Origin: Bacteriovoracia bacterium
GTDB taxonomy: Bacteria; Bdellovibrionota; UBA1018; JBFWNL01
Reading direction: 5' to 3'
DNA: 64,000 bases
Assembly (NCBI GenBank): GCA_050251055.1
Contig: JBFWNL010000005.1
Span: 160,001 to 224,000 of the forward strand
Below the pieces are notes generated by a model, which was given only the letters and a program-made list of their open reading frames with translations, was not told where the DNA came from and searched no databases. This document shows positions 1-8,257 of the stretch, in pieces. The position numbers and the translations under genes are program-made. Position 1 is the stretch's first letter. Every line of letters starts with the position of its first letter.

Positions 1-903
1 TTATTTGCCCTGCTGCTGATCGTATCCGAGGCCGCCGCCGCCCCTTGCTGCGGCGGTAGCGCGAGTTTGCCGACGCTGATTACGGGTGACGACCAGGCGC
101 AGCTCTCGTTTTCGGTATCCCGTGCCTCGGTGATTGGCGATGCTCCGGCGGCGGGGCTGCCGGTCTTTCGTAGCTCGCGCGATGCCGAAACCACGGAAAC
201 ATTGAAGCTGGACGGAGCATGGATGCTTTCGGAGCGTTGGCAGGCGGGCGCGAGCTTGCCTGTCCTCTGGCGCGCGCGAGAAACCACGACCAGTTCGGCA
301 CGGTCCCAAGGGCTGGGTGATGTGAGCGTCAGTGCTGCTTATGAGTTTCTACCCGAGCGAACTTACTCCGTGTGGAGGCCGCGCGGTTTTTTCTTTCTCC
401 AATCCACCCTACCCACCAGCCCGTCCATTCACGACGCCGTCGCGCCGTATCTGGTGGATGCGCGAGGTCGCGGTTTTTTTTCCGTCGCGGGCGGCGCGGC
501 GTTCGTGAAAGTGCTGGGTAATTGGGATCTGCTCTTAACGGCCGAGCTTCATCGTGCATTCGCGCGGACCTTCCAGGACGCCGATGGTTCGATCACTCGG
601 TTTTTTCCGGGCTGGGGCGGGAGTGCGCTCCTGGGAGCGGGTTGGAGCCCGGGGGGCGGGGCTTTTCGGCTGGGTTTAAGTTTCGCACCGGTTTTTGAAG
701 GTGCGATCACCAGTGAAGGGGGGGTAAATACGACTTCCTCGTCGCAACTGGTTTGGAACAGCTCGGCTCAGTTCGCGTATGCCTTCGATGAAGCTTGGGC
801 AACGAATGTCGCCTATACCGACCAAACTCTCCTGGGACCAGCTCGCAATGTAAGTCTGAGTCGGACAGTCATCTTTTCCCTCCAGAAGCGCTGGCCGCTC
901 TAA
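1..903 (+). CDS. Secreted/outer-membrane beta-barrel-like protein, 5'-truncated
   Basis: Frame is open from base 1 (LFALLLIVSEAAAAPCCGG...), giving the end of a signal peptide, a CC motif, then alternating beta-strands ending QKRWPL; GLGDVS motif seen in MetA-pathway-like barrels. Confidence 0.6.
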   Translation, partial: LFALLLIVSEAAAAPCCGGSASLPTLITGDDQAQLSFSVSRASVIGDAPAAGLPVFRSSRDAETTETLKLDGAWMLSERWQAGASLPVLWRARETTTSSARSQGLGDVSVSAAYEFLPERTYSVWRPRGFFFLQSTLPTSPSIHDAVAPYLVDARGRGFFSVAGGAAFVKVLGNWDLLLTAELHRAFARTFQDADGSITRFFPGWGGSALLGAGWSPGGGAFRLGLSFAPVFEGAITSEGGVNTTSSSQLVWNSSAQFAYAFDEAWATNVAYTDQTLLGPARNVSLSRTVIFSLQKRWPL

Positions 904-976
904 GGCCATTCCAATAAAAATTTGAATTTTGTGCGTCGCGCCTATATGGTGCGTCAAGATTTCTGGGGAGGTAGGA

Positions 977-1966
977 ATGGGATCTTTTTATTCACTTCAA
1001 GTAGGAGCGGTACTATTCATTCTGGCGCTAACCACGGGCTGCGGCCCCGGCGCCTTGAATCGTGATGATGTGGTTGGTGCGCGGGCGGTGAATCCGCAGG
1101 CTCCAGCCCCTCAGATCGTACCTATACCGGATGAGCCGAGCGCGACCGAAACGCGCATCGTTCCCACGGAACGCACGGTTCCCAGCACGGTCACCCGTGA
1201 CAAGCGCTTCATCTACTATCGTACCGCATGGAAGGACATGCGGGGCTCGGCCAAGAAAGCGGCGGTCAAATCCTCGATTAGCATGCTGCAAGACACCTTG
1301 CAGATCCTGCTTGGGATCAATACGCGCTCAAGCGGCGCGCAGGTGTTTACCGATGACTTGCTCGATCAGGTGATTAAAGACGCGCGGGACAACACCGAAG
1401 TCGCCGAGGGCATGGGCATCACGGTACGTGATCTCATTCCGAGCGGATTTTTCGTGTTTGGCAACGTGAGTATTTCCGGCAAATGGGTCTTGGGCGCAGG
1501 GGGATCCGCGGATTTGATGTTAGTCGCGGTGCCGGTGGAAGTCGTGCGCGTGAGCATTCAGGATCCGCAGCAAGTTTACCATTATGTGGAACTGGACTGG
1601 GCGTTGGCGGCCATTCCTCAGCTGCACGCGGGCGCCGGTGCCGGCGGGCAGGTGGGATTTGAGTTTGGCGCCGGCCTGATTTGGGGTGCTCTACATCACG
1701 CGAAGGATTTCGCAGGGCCCCTGGGTGCCCTGAGCGCGACCGCGAAGTTTGGCATCGGCCTCGAGCTCATGGCGGGCGTCGTGCGCAACATGGGCCTGAA
1801 GCGAAACTTCCCGTTCCTGTCACTAGCCATCGACACTGGCGTGGCCGCCGAAATCGCGGTGAACGCCAACGGCGGCGTGGTGTTACCGCTCGACAAGCTG
1901 AGTTCGCTGGTGCTGGGCACGCCCGCCGACACGTTCTCGGGTACTTCGAAGGCACCGGTGTACTAG
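977..1966 (+). CDS. Hypothetical lipoprotein with Gly-rich beta-strand C-terminal half
   Basis: GGAGG RBS upstream of ATG 977; lipobox LTTGC. Confidence 0.7.
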   Translation: MGSFYSLQVGAVLFILALTTGCGPGALNRDDVVGARAVNPQAPAPQIVPIPDEPSATETRIVPTERTVPSTVTRDKRFIYYRTAWKDMRGSAKKAAVKSSISMLQDTLQILLGINTRSSGAQVFTDDLLDQVIKDARDNTEVAEGMGITVRDLIPSGFFVFGNVSISGKWVLGAGGSADLMLVAVPVEVVRVSIQDPQQVYHYVELDWALAAIPQLHAGAGAGGQVGFEFGAGLIWGALHHAKDFAGPLGALSATAKFGIGLELMAGVVRNMGLKRNFPFLSLAIDTGVAAEIAVNANGGVVLPLDKLSSLVLGTPADTFSGTSKAPVY

Positions 1967-2002
1967 GGTAGACGTTCCGGCCGGATTTTGCCGGCCTTCC
2001 CC

Positions 2003-2188
2003 TTACGGGAGCGTCTTCGGTGTTCTTCCGCCCGTCACCAAGTGGGCGATGAAGCTAACCAGCGCGAAGATCAAGAACACCACGAGCAGAGTGCGGCCGA
2101 TCTCTACCGACATTCCGGCGAAACCGTTCGCCCCGAAGAGCATGGCGATCAACCCGATGATGAAAAATACAATAGATGCTCTGAGCAT
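2003..2188 (-). CDS. DUF1328 (UPF0391/YtjA-like) small membrane protein
   Basis: MLRASIVFFIIGLIAMLFGANGFAG.S.EIGR.L matches the family; AGGAGG RBS. Confidence 0.9.
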   Translation of the reverse strand: MLRASIVFFIIGLIAMLFGANGFAGMSVEIGRTLLVVFLIFALVSFIAHLVTGGRTPKTLP

Positions 2189-2208
2189 AATATCCTCCTT
2201 CTTGGCCG

Positions 2209-2604
2209 TTACGCGGCCTGATCGATTTTGTACTCCGTTTCCACTTTCACGAGGACGGCGGACTTATTCGTCGTCGTCACCAGAAGCACGGCACCTAGGC
2301 CCAGCACGATGTGCACGAGCGCTTGTCCGGTTGTGAGCAGTCCCCGATATCCAAATAGCCACGGCCCGCTCATCACGAAGAGCCCTACGATCACGTCGAG
2401 CGCCATGTGCGTGCTAACGGGAATGAGTTTCCAGATGGAAAACTCGTATTTCGTGGCTAAGCTGTAAAAGAAAAGTGAAAGACCGCATATCGCGAGCAGG
2501 TTCTGCGCGCGCACGATGTCGGAGAAACCGAAAATCCAAGGCGTGGCGACTAATACGGCGGCGATAATGTAGTCGAAGATGTTATGCGTTCTGAGTGAGA
2601 TCAT
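2209..2604 (-). CDS. SPW repeat membrane protein
   Basis: THNIFDY...ATPWIFGF and H.ALD...SGPWLFGY repeats. Confidence 0.8.
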   Translation of the reverse strand: MISLRTHNIFDYIIAAVLVATPWIFGFSDIVRAQNLLAICGLSLFFYSLATKYEFSIWKLIPVSTHMALDVIVGLFVMSGPWLFGYRGLLTTGQALVHIVLGLGAVLLVTTTNKSAVLVKVETEYKIDQAA

Positions 2605-2640
2605 ATTCTTTCCCTTCCGATTCTTTTCTACCGTAAGGCA

Positions 2641-2656
2641 TGCATTCGATATGCCA
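2641..2656 (-). promoter_or_regulatory. sigma54 -24/-12 promoter (SPW/DUF1328 unit)
   Basis: TGGCATATCGAATGCA, GG-N10-GC. Confidence 0.65.
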
Positions 2657-2671
2657 GCGTCTATTCGGGAT

Positions 2672-2687
2672 CGGCACGGGCGATGCA
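2672..2687 (+). promoter_or_regulatory. sigma54 promoter (BON gene)
   Basis: CGGCACGGGCGATGCA, GG-N10-GC. Confidence 0.6.
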
Positions 2688-2699
2688 CACGCTATGAGC

Positions 2700-3005
2700 A
2701 TGGAAAAATCACGAGGAGTAACCAACAGCATCGAAGCCATGGATAATGAAGGGCCTAACCCCAAGGTGGATCCTGGAATGCTGGCGCATGCCGACGAAAA
2801 ACTCAGCGACGATGTGTCAAAGTGTCTCAGCGAGGATGCGAAATTGGACGCTTCCCGTATCCGGTTCGACATCAGCGCGGGTGAGATCACTCTCTTCGGC
2901 GTCGTGCCAGACGAGAACATGCGGGAGTATGCGGCTGAGCGCGTTTCGAAGCTGCCGGGAGTGAAAGGCGTGCGTAATCATCTGGTGGTGCGGCAGGTCG
3001 CCTGA
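2700..3005 (+). CDS. BON domain protein
   Basis: DEKLSDDV...LDASRI...GEITLFGVV...A.RV..LPGVKGVRNHL; start could be 2694, 2700 or 2739. Confidence 0.85.
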   Translation: MEKSRGVTNSIEAMDNEGPNPKVDPGMLAHADEKLSDDVSKCLSEDAKLDASRIRFDISAGEITLFGVVPDENMREYAAERVSKLPGVKGVRNHLVVRQVA

Positions 3006-3027
3006 TGAGCATCCCAACTTGCCGGTT

Positions 3028-4158
3028 TCAGGCCGCGCGTGGTTTGACGGCGGGACGGGGACTTTCGTCACGACGGAGGTAGGAGGTTTGGTAGTGGTCC
3101 CGCCAGATTTGCAGAAACGTCAACAGCGTCCCCGCCAGGATCGGGCCTAAGAGTAGGCCAATTAACCCGAATTGATAAACTCCGCCGATCGCCGCGAGCA
3201 AGGCCACCAGGGTCGGCATGTTCCCTCCGCCGTTTAGCACGAGCGCGCGCGCTAGGTTGTCGACGATGCTGGTGAGACCGCCCGCCGCCAGCATGAGCAT
3301 GGCCTTTCCCGGAGCGCCAGTGAAATAGAAGTAAGCCGTCATTCCCAGCCATACGGGACTGCAGCTGATGACCGGTATCCAGGCGAGTAAAAACGTGAGG
3401 CCGGCCGCGAAGAATGGCACCGGGGCGCCTAGCGCGATGAGCGCGAGGAACATCACGCCTGCCTGGGCCGCCGCCGCCGCGAGAGATGCGACGAATGCCC
3501 GCACCACGTTGGTGCGGAAACCGTGAAAAATCCGGTGTTGCACCTCCGCCTCCAGCGGCAAAGTGCCTTGTAGCCATCGAAGAAACGGCTTTCCCTGACG
3601 TAGCAAAAAGAAGCAAGTGAGCAATGCCACGAGTAGCTGCAACGCCATTCCGGGAAGGTGGCCCAGCCATCCGAGCAGTTGGGAGGTGCCGAACTTGAGC
3701 GCGGAGCGGATTCCATCGTTGATTTGCTGATCGAGCCCCCGCTCGGCCCCCAGATATCTTTGCACGATAGGGTAGCGCGCGATCTCTTCGTTCAGCGAAG
3801 CCATGGTCTGCTGCCAAAACTGGTTAGATGACTGGGAGAGTCGATCGAGCGCACCGGCGCCCTGCTCGATCGCCGTGACAGTAAAACTCAAAACGGGTAG
3901 CACAATGCCGAGGGTCACTAAAGCCGTAACGATAGCAGCAGCCCAGTTTTCCGCGGAACGCTTGCCTCCCCAGCGGCGCGCGAGGAACCCATAGAAACGG
4001 TAAGTGGTTAACGCGAGGATTACCCCCGCCAACAACGCGGAGCCAAACGGCCTCATCATGAATGCCACCGCGACGAGTAGTGTCGTCATCAAGATGAGAA
4101 AAAATGTCATCGTCTGTCTCGTTTTGGCACGCGGAGGCGCCTGAAATTTTGAATTCAT
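3028..4158 (-). CDS. AI-2E family transporter
   Basis: Multi-TM protein with DNLAR and GG...FG.IGLLLGP motifs. Confidence 0.9.
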   Translation of the reverse strand: MNSKFQAPPRAKTRQTMTFFLILMTTLLVAVAFMMRPFGSALLAGVILALTTYRFYGFLARRWGGKRSAENWAAAIVTALVTLGIVLPVLSFTVTAIEQGAGALDRLSQSSNQFWQQTMASLNEEIARYPIVQRYLGAERGLDQQINDGIRSALKFGTSQLLGWLGHLPGMALQLLVALLTCFFLLRQGKPFLRWLQGTLPLEAEVQHRIFHGFRTNVVRAFVASLAAAAAQAGVMFLALIALGAPVPFFAAGLTFLLAWIPVISCSPVWLGMTAYFYFTGAPGKAMLMLAAGGLTSIVDNLARALVLNGGGNMPTLVALLAAIGGVYQFGLIGLLLGPILAGTLLTFLQIWRDHYQTSYLRRDESPRPAVKPRAA

Positions 4159-4175
4159 CTGCGTTGTCAGAGAGC

Positions 4176-4191
4176 TGCATGTGGCATGCCG
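4176..4191 (-). promoter_or_regulatory. sigma54 promoter (AI-2E gene)
   Basis: CGGCATGCCACATGCA, GG-N10-GC. Confidence 0.55.
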
Positions 4192-4197
4192 ATTGCT
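4182..4197 (+). promoter_or_regulatory. sigma54 promoter (hemerythrin/OMP unit)
   Basis: TGGCATGCCGATTGCT, 24 nt before ATG 4221. Confidence 0.75.
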
Positions 4198-4220
4198 CGT
4201 ACGCAGGAAAAGGAGAGCAC

Positions 4221-4613
4221 ATGGATATCGATACACGTTTTCGCCAAGACCACCTCGCCATCGTGCAAGGTTTCGAAAGACTCGAGAAAAGCTCGCACGG
4301 CTCCAAACGGGAGCGTTATGACCTTTTCGACGATCTGGCTTCCCTGATTCGTGCCCACATCTGGCGGGAGCAGGCGGAGCTCTATGCCTATCTACGGGCC
4401 CACTCCACGACAGGGGACTTCGTGGAGAACTTGCGCGTGGATTGCCGGGTGATGGCCGATCTTTTGGATCGGCTGGAAGCGATGTCGAATCTAGACGAGA
4501 ATTGGGAGCCGACGTTCATGGCCCTCAGGGTGATCGCCCTGCACCATATTCAAGAGGAAGAAGCAGTGTTGTTGGAGCGACTGCCGGCGCTTGCTGTGCG
4601 GCAGGCCGCATAA
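4221..4613 (+). CDS. Hemerythrin/HHE domain protein
   Basis: QDH...AHIWREQAELY...HHIQEEE; AAGGAG RBS. Confidence 0.8.
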   Translation: MDIDTRFRQDHLAIVQGFERLEKSSHGSKRERYDLFDDLASLIRAHIWREQAELYAYLRAHSTTGDFVENLRVDCRVMADLLDRLEAMSNLDENWEPTFMALRVIALHHIQEEEAVLLERLPALAVRQAA

Positions 4614-4639
4614 ATCGTGGTCAAACCAAGGAGAACAGA

Positions 4640-5191
4640 ATGAACAGGAATCACTTGAAATGCATGGCGGCAGGATTGATGGCGCTAGCCTACACAGTTC
4701 CCGCCAACGCCCTGGAAAGCTCGGTAGGGTACGCGGGTTTCTTGCTCGGTGGTAATATCGCGAGCACTAGCGGATCCGACGGGGATACCCGCCCAAACAT
4801 TGGGCTCACTCTAGGCGGAAAAATCTCCCCCGAATTTGGGTTGGGTTTTTATGGCGGATTCTCGGGACAACGAAGCTCGGGCACTTTTCTGGGGCTGCCC
4901 TCGGGGACCTCTACCAGCATGACGATATTGGCGGGGCAACTAAATTTTTTTGCGGGGCCTTTGCATCTTGGCGCCGAAGCGGGTGCGGCTATTAGCTCTT
5001 GGTCGGGTAATATCTCGAGCGTGCATGCGGGCGATTCCACGACCGACTTCGTGTATGGTCCGCAAGGCGGCGTCGATTTTCAGTTGGTTCCCAACTTATC
5101 GCTTGGAGCTGAGTTGCATTACCTGATTACGACGGCCGATAGCGGGGTAAATAATCTCCAAGCCCTCGCGGCGTTGAAGGTATGGATGTAG
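4640..5191 (+). CDS. Small outer-membrane beta-barrel protein (OmpA-TM-like)
   Basis: Signal peptide ANA-, amphipathic strands, YGPQGGVDF...SLGAELHY; AAGGAG RBS. Confidence 0.75.
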   Translation: MNRNHLKCMAAGLMALAYTVPANALESSVGYAGFLLGGNIASTSGSDGDTRPNIGLTLGGKISPEFGLGFYGGFSGQRSSGTFLGLPSGTSTSMTILAGQLNFFAGPLHLGAEAGAAISSWSGNISSVHAGDSTTDFVYGPQGGVDFQLVPNLSLGAELHYLITTADSGVNNLQALAALKVWM

Positions 5192-5203
5192 AACGTGGGA
5201 TTC

Positions 5204-5722
5204 TTAGCTGGCGCGAACTTCGTGAATGGGAGGGCGCGGCTCCGCCGCGGCCTCCCTTGCTTTCACCGCTTGATTGGCGAAGGCTTGCGCGAGCTTCTCT
5301 TGCACCAATTCGGCGACAATGGATTCCAAGCCGGGAGGATTGGGGCGGCGTGGGGCCGCCTGCAGTTGATTTAGTTTTTCACTTATTCGAAACGCGCTAA
5401 GCCACTGACGCTCGGAGAGCTGCCAACGTAAAAACACCAGCGCAATAATTCCAATTCCCAGCAAAGTGAACACCACGCCATCGAAGCGGAAGTGTCCCGT
5501 CCGCACGTAGGTCATCGCCAGATAGAGCACGGCGGACCCGAACGAAGCCGCGACCAGGGTGAACCAGGTCAGCGCGCGAATGGAAAGCAGGGTGAGGTTG
5601 CGCGCGCCACGGAGTATTTCCAGGGAGATGGATAGGGTCTTGAGTTTCGCCAATCGCTCGCCTTCATGCCAAATATGCTCTAGGTAATGATTGGCCACGC
5701 GCTCGAAAACCGACATATCCAC
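5204..5722 (-). CDS. Hypothetical 2-TM protein (YqjE-like position after DUF883)
   Basis: Two hydrophobic helices; lies directly downstream of DUF883 on the same strand. Confidence 0.6.
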   Translation of the reverse strand: MDMSVFERVANHYLEHIWHEGERLAKLKTLSISLEILRGARNLTLLSIRALTWFTLVAASFGSAVLYLAMTYVRTGHFRFDGVVFTLLGIGIIALVFLRWQLSERQWLSAFRISEKLNQLQAAPRRPNPPGLESIVAELVQEKLAQAFANQAVKAREAAAEPRPPIHEVRAS

Positions 5723-5748
5723 CTCGCCCGGTTAATTTTGATACTGCA

Positions 5749-6120
5749 CTACTTGGAACGACGGCCCAGCAAGAACGCGCTGAGACCGACAAAAGCCGCC
5801 GTCGCCGAGATGAATGCCCAAGGGCGCTCATGCGCGGCGGTGTCGACTTTCTTCGCAGTTTCGACGGTAGTGTCGACGATTTTTTCCCTAGCCTGCTGCA
5901 CCGACTGCGTGGTGGCCGCGCTGATCTCGCGCAGGGCGCCTTTGACGGCCGGACGCATGCCCGTGAGCGTTTGCTTGAAGCGCTTGTAGTCGCGATTGAT
6001 CATGTCTCTAATTTCTTCCGAGCTGTCCTTCGCGGCGTCGTTCAGTAAGCTCAGCGCGTGCGAGATGGATTTTGCATCATGGTCGTGGCGATGGGAATTT
6101 ACGGCGTGCAGGTTTTTCAC
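5749..6120 (-). CDS. DUF883 (ElaB/YqjD) family protein
   Basis: C-terminal D.AAHERPW...A..GL.AFLLGRR; GTG start after AAGGAG. Confidence 0.85.
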   Translation of the reverse strand: MKNLHAVNSHRHDHDAKSISHALSLLNDAAKDSSEEIRDMINRDYKRFKQTLTGMRPAVKGALREISAATTQSVQQAREKIVDTTVETAKKVDTAAHERPWAFISATAAFVGLSAFLLGRRSK

Positions 6121-6174
6121 GAATAGCTCCTTCTTATTATTTGAGTGATAAATTGCGTTTCGGTGATCAAAAGG

Positions 6175-6190
6175 AGCAAGGCGCGTGCCA
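6175..6190 (-). promoter_or_regulatory. sigma54 promoter (DUF883 unit)
   Basis: TGGCACGCGCCTTGCT, full consensus. Confidence 0.8.
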
Positions 6191-6308
6191 TCCTCTACGT
6201 CGACTCGATTGGATTTGGGCGCGCTATCGCCCATGCGTTGAGAAAATATGGCATAGGTTCCTCCCAGCCTGTCCCGGTCATTGGTGAGAGACTTCTCGTT
6301 GCACGGGT

Positions 6309-6324
6309 TGGCCTACGCTTTGCT
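6309..6324 (+). promoter_or_regulatory. sigma54 promoter (BON/DUF3341 unit)
   Basis: TGGCCTACGCTTTGCT. Confidence 0.7.
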
Positions 6325-6354
6325 TTGTTACCCAGCTAGCGGAAAGGAATAAAA

Positions 6355-6715
6355 ATGGAACCCATTCCCAGTTTTTTTCGGCTACAGGTATTGGTTGCGG
6401 GACTCAGCGTCGCCAGCGCGTCGGGTATTCCGGAGGCCACTACGCCGCCGGATCGCGCGTCGATGGAGCAAACCAACCAGGCGGGAGACGCCGAGCTGCG
6501 TCGCATACTTCGCCAGGAGATCATTGAGGATGAGGCACTCTCTGGCTACGCGAAGAACGTCTCCGTCATTACATCGAGCGGGAGCGTGGTGCTTGCGAGG
6601 AGGGGTTCGGAACGACCAAGAGAAAGACCGTTTGGAGTACCTGGCCCGGAAGAACGCCGGGGCCGGGAATGTGGTGAGTGAAATCACGGTGACGGTGCCT
6701 ACCGTCACCTATTGA
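6355..6715 (+). pseudogene. BON domain protein split by a +1 frameshift near 6592
   Basis: ...LSGYAKNVSVITSSGSVV in frame 6355 continues as LRGGVRNDQEK...AGAGNVVSEI in frame 6395. Confidence 0.75.
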
Positions 6716-6732
6716 ATCAAGGAGAGAGTCGT

Positions 6733-7311
6733 ATGCACAAGCAAATCGCGGTATTTGGCCTTTACTCAAATCGATTGAGCGTGGAACGCGCGGTGGATCG
6801 CCTAAAGATGGAAGGGTTTCGTAACACCGATATATCGGTTCTGATGCCGGAAAGCGTGGGTGACCGGGAGCTCGCCCATGAGAAGCAGACGAAAGCACCT
6901 GAAGGAGCTACGGCGGGCGCGGGCACGGGCGCCGTTGTCGGCGGCGTGCTGGGATGGCTTGCGGGTATCGGCGCGCTGGCGATTCCGGGCGTCGGTCCCC
7001 TGATCGCGGCGGGTCCCATCATGGGCGCGCTTGCGGGGGTGGGCGCGGGGGGAGCACTGGGCGGCGTCAGTGGCGCGCTGATCGGCTTAGGTTTTCCCGA
7101 GTACGAGGCTAAACGTTACGAGGGTTACATCAAGGACGGGGGGATTCTGCTTTCCGTCCATGTTGATGGTTCGGAGTGGAAGAAGAAAGCCGAAAAGCTT
7201 CTGAAGGAAACGGGAGCCGAAGGCGTTTCGTCCTCCGCGGAGGTGGCGGCCGCGTCGCCGTCGCTCACGCGTGGCGATGGAAATGATCGCGACATTGACG
7301 TCGCGATTTAA
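6733..7311 (+). CDS. General stress protein (DUF3341/YflT-like) with Gly-zipper
   Basis: AVFGLY...GF...DISVL; KAPEGA.AG; IPG.GP.IAAGP; G.PEYEAKRYEG. Confidence 0.85.
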   Translation: MHKQIAVFGLYSNRLSVERAVDRLKMEGFRNTDISVLMPESVGDRELAHEKQTKAPEGATAGAGTGAVVGGVLGWLAGIGALAIPGVGPLIAAGPIMGALAGVGAGGALGGVSGALIGLGFPEYEAKRYEGYIKDGGILLSVHVDGSEWKKKAEKLLKETGAEGVSSSAEVAAASPSLTRGDGNDRDIDVAI

Positions 7312-7331
7312 AAGTAGAGAAGGAGGCGATT

Positions 7332-7805
7332 ATGAAGCCGATATACGTGCTATTTTTGGCCGTCGTCTTGGCCGTTTTGTCCCCGGGTTGCGCCACCCGC
7401 AAGTCGGATGCGGTCTTGGATGCAAAGCTACGCGCGGAGTCGCCGAATAAAGATGCCGCCGCGCTTAGCGCGCAAACGGGGGCGGCGATCGACCGTATGC
7501 CTGATTTGACGGACGAGCAAAGGGTGAGGCTGAATGACTTGCGCATATCTACGCGAAACGAGTTGCAGAGGTTGCGTGACGAGTCTGTGAAGCTGAGATC
7601 GGCCTTAATCAAGGACATAGTGAGTACGACGTATAACGCCAAAGAGATCGATCTGATCAAAGACCGCTTGCGTTGGAATTCCAATCAGCGGCTGTCGACG
7701 ATTTTCAAGGCGATCGATCAGACCAACACGATCCTTGAGCGCAAGCACCCGGAGAATCTCCGGGCGATGCGGGATCTCTTGGGCGCGCCCGACTCGATTG
7801 ACTGA
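7332..7805 (+). CDS. Helical lipoprotein (Spy/CpxP-like)
   Basis: Lipobox LSPGC; LTDEQ motif; AGGAGG RBS. Confidence 0.6.
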   Translation: MKPIYVLFLAVVLAVLSPGCATRKSDAVLDAKLRAESPNKDAAALSAQTGAAIDRMPDLTDEQRVRLNDLRISTRNELQRLRDESVKLRSALIKDIVSTTYNAKEIDLIKDRLRWNSNQRLSTIFKAIDQTNTILERKHPENLRAMRDLLGAPDSID

Positions 7806-7821
7806 GAGTAGCCGACGGCGC

Positions 7822-7837
7822 TGGCGCGGTAGTTGCT
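7822..7837 (+). promoter_or_regulatory. sigma54 promoter (CsbD/SYLF unit)
   Basis: TGGCGCGGTAGTTGCT. Confidence 0.7.
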
Positions 7838-7892
7838 TGTACCGTCGGCACGCAGTCTAAACTTAAACCAATCGTCCAGAGAGGAAACCGAT

Positions 7893-8234
7893 ATGGAAAC
7901 CAATCAGAATCAACCCAATGAAGCAAACAAATCTGATCGTATGAATAGTCAATCGAGCCCAGGCACCCAGTGGGAGCAAACCAAGCGGAAGATCAAGGCG
8001 CGTTTTAGCAAGCTCAACGACAGTGACATCGACGAATGCCGGCACGACCTAGACCAGCTGCGTGGCAAAGTGCAGAAGGCGTACGGCTACTCGGACGAAA
8101 AAGCGGGCGAAGAGTTCGACTCATTCAAACAGTCGCTAGACGGCATGCGGTCGAATACTCAGTCCGGGTTAAATCAGTCTAAAGACCAAGATCAGACGAA
8201 GGACCAAGATCAGTCCTACTCCAAAGCAGTATAA
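7893..8234 (+). CDS. CsbD family protein
   Basis: W...K.KIK..FSKL.D.D...DQL.GKVQ.AYG. Confidence 0.8.
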   Translation: METNQNQPNEANKSDRMNSQSSPGTQWEQTKRKIKARFSKLNDSDIDECRHDLDQLRGKVQKAYGYSDEKAGEEFDSFKQSLDGMRSNTQSGLNQSKDQDQTKDQDQSYSKAV

Positions 8235-8257
8235 TCGTTCGAAAGGAAATCCACAGC

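Noticed and set aside
8180-8215. Short direct repeat GACCAAGATCAG
   Set aside because: Encodes a KDQDQ peptide repeat in CsbD; not CRISPR
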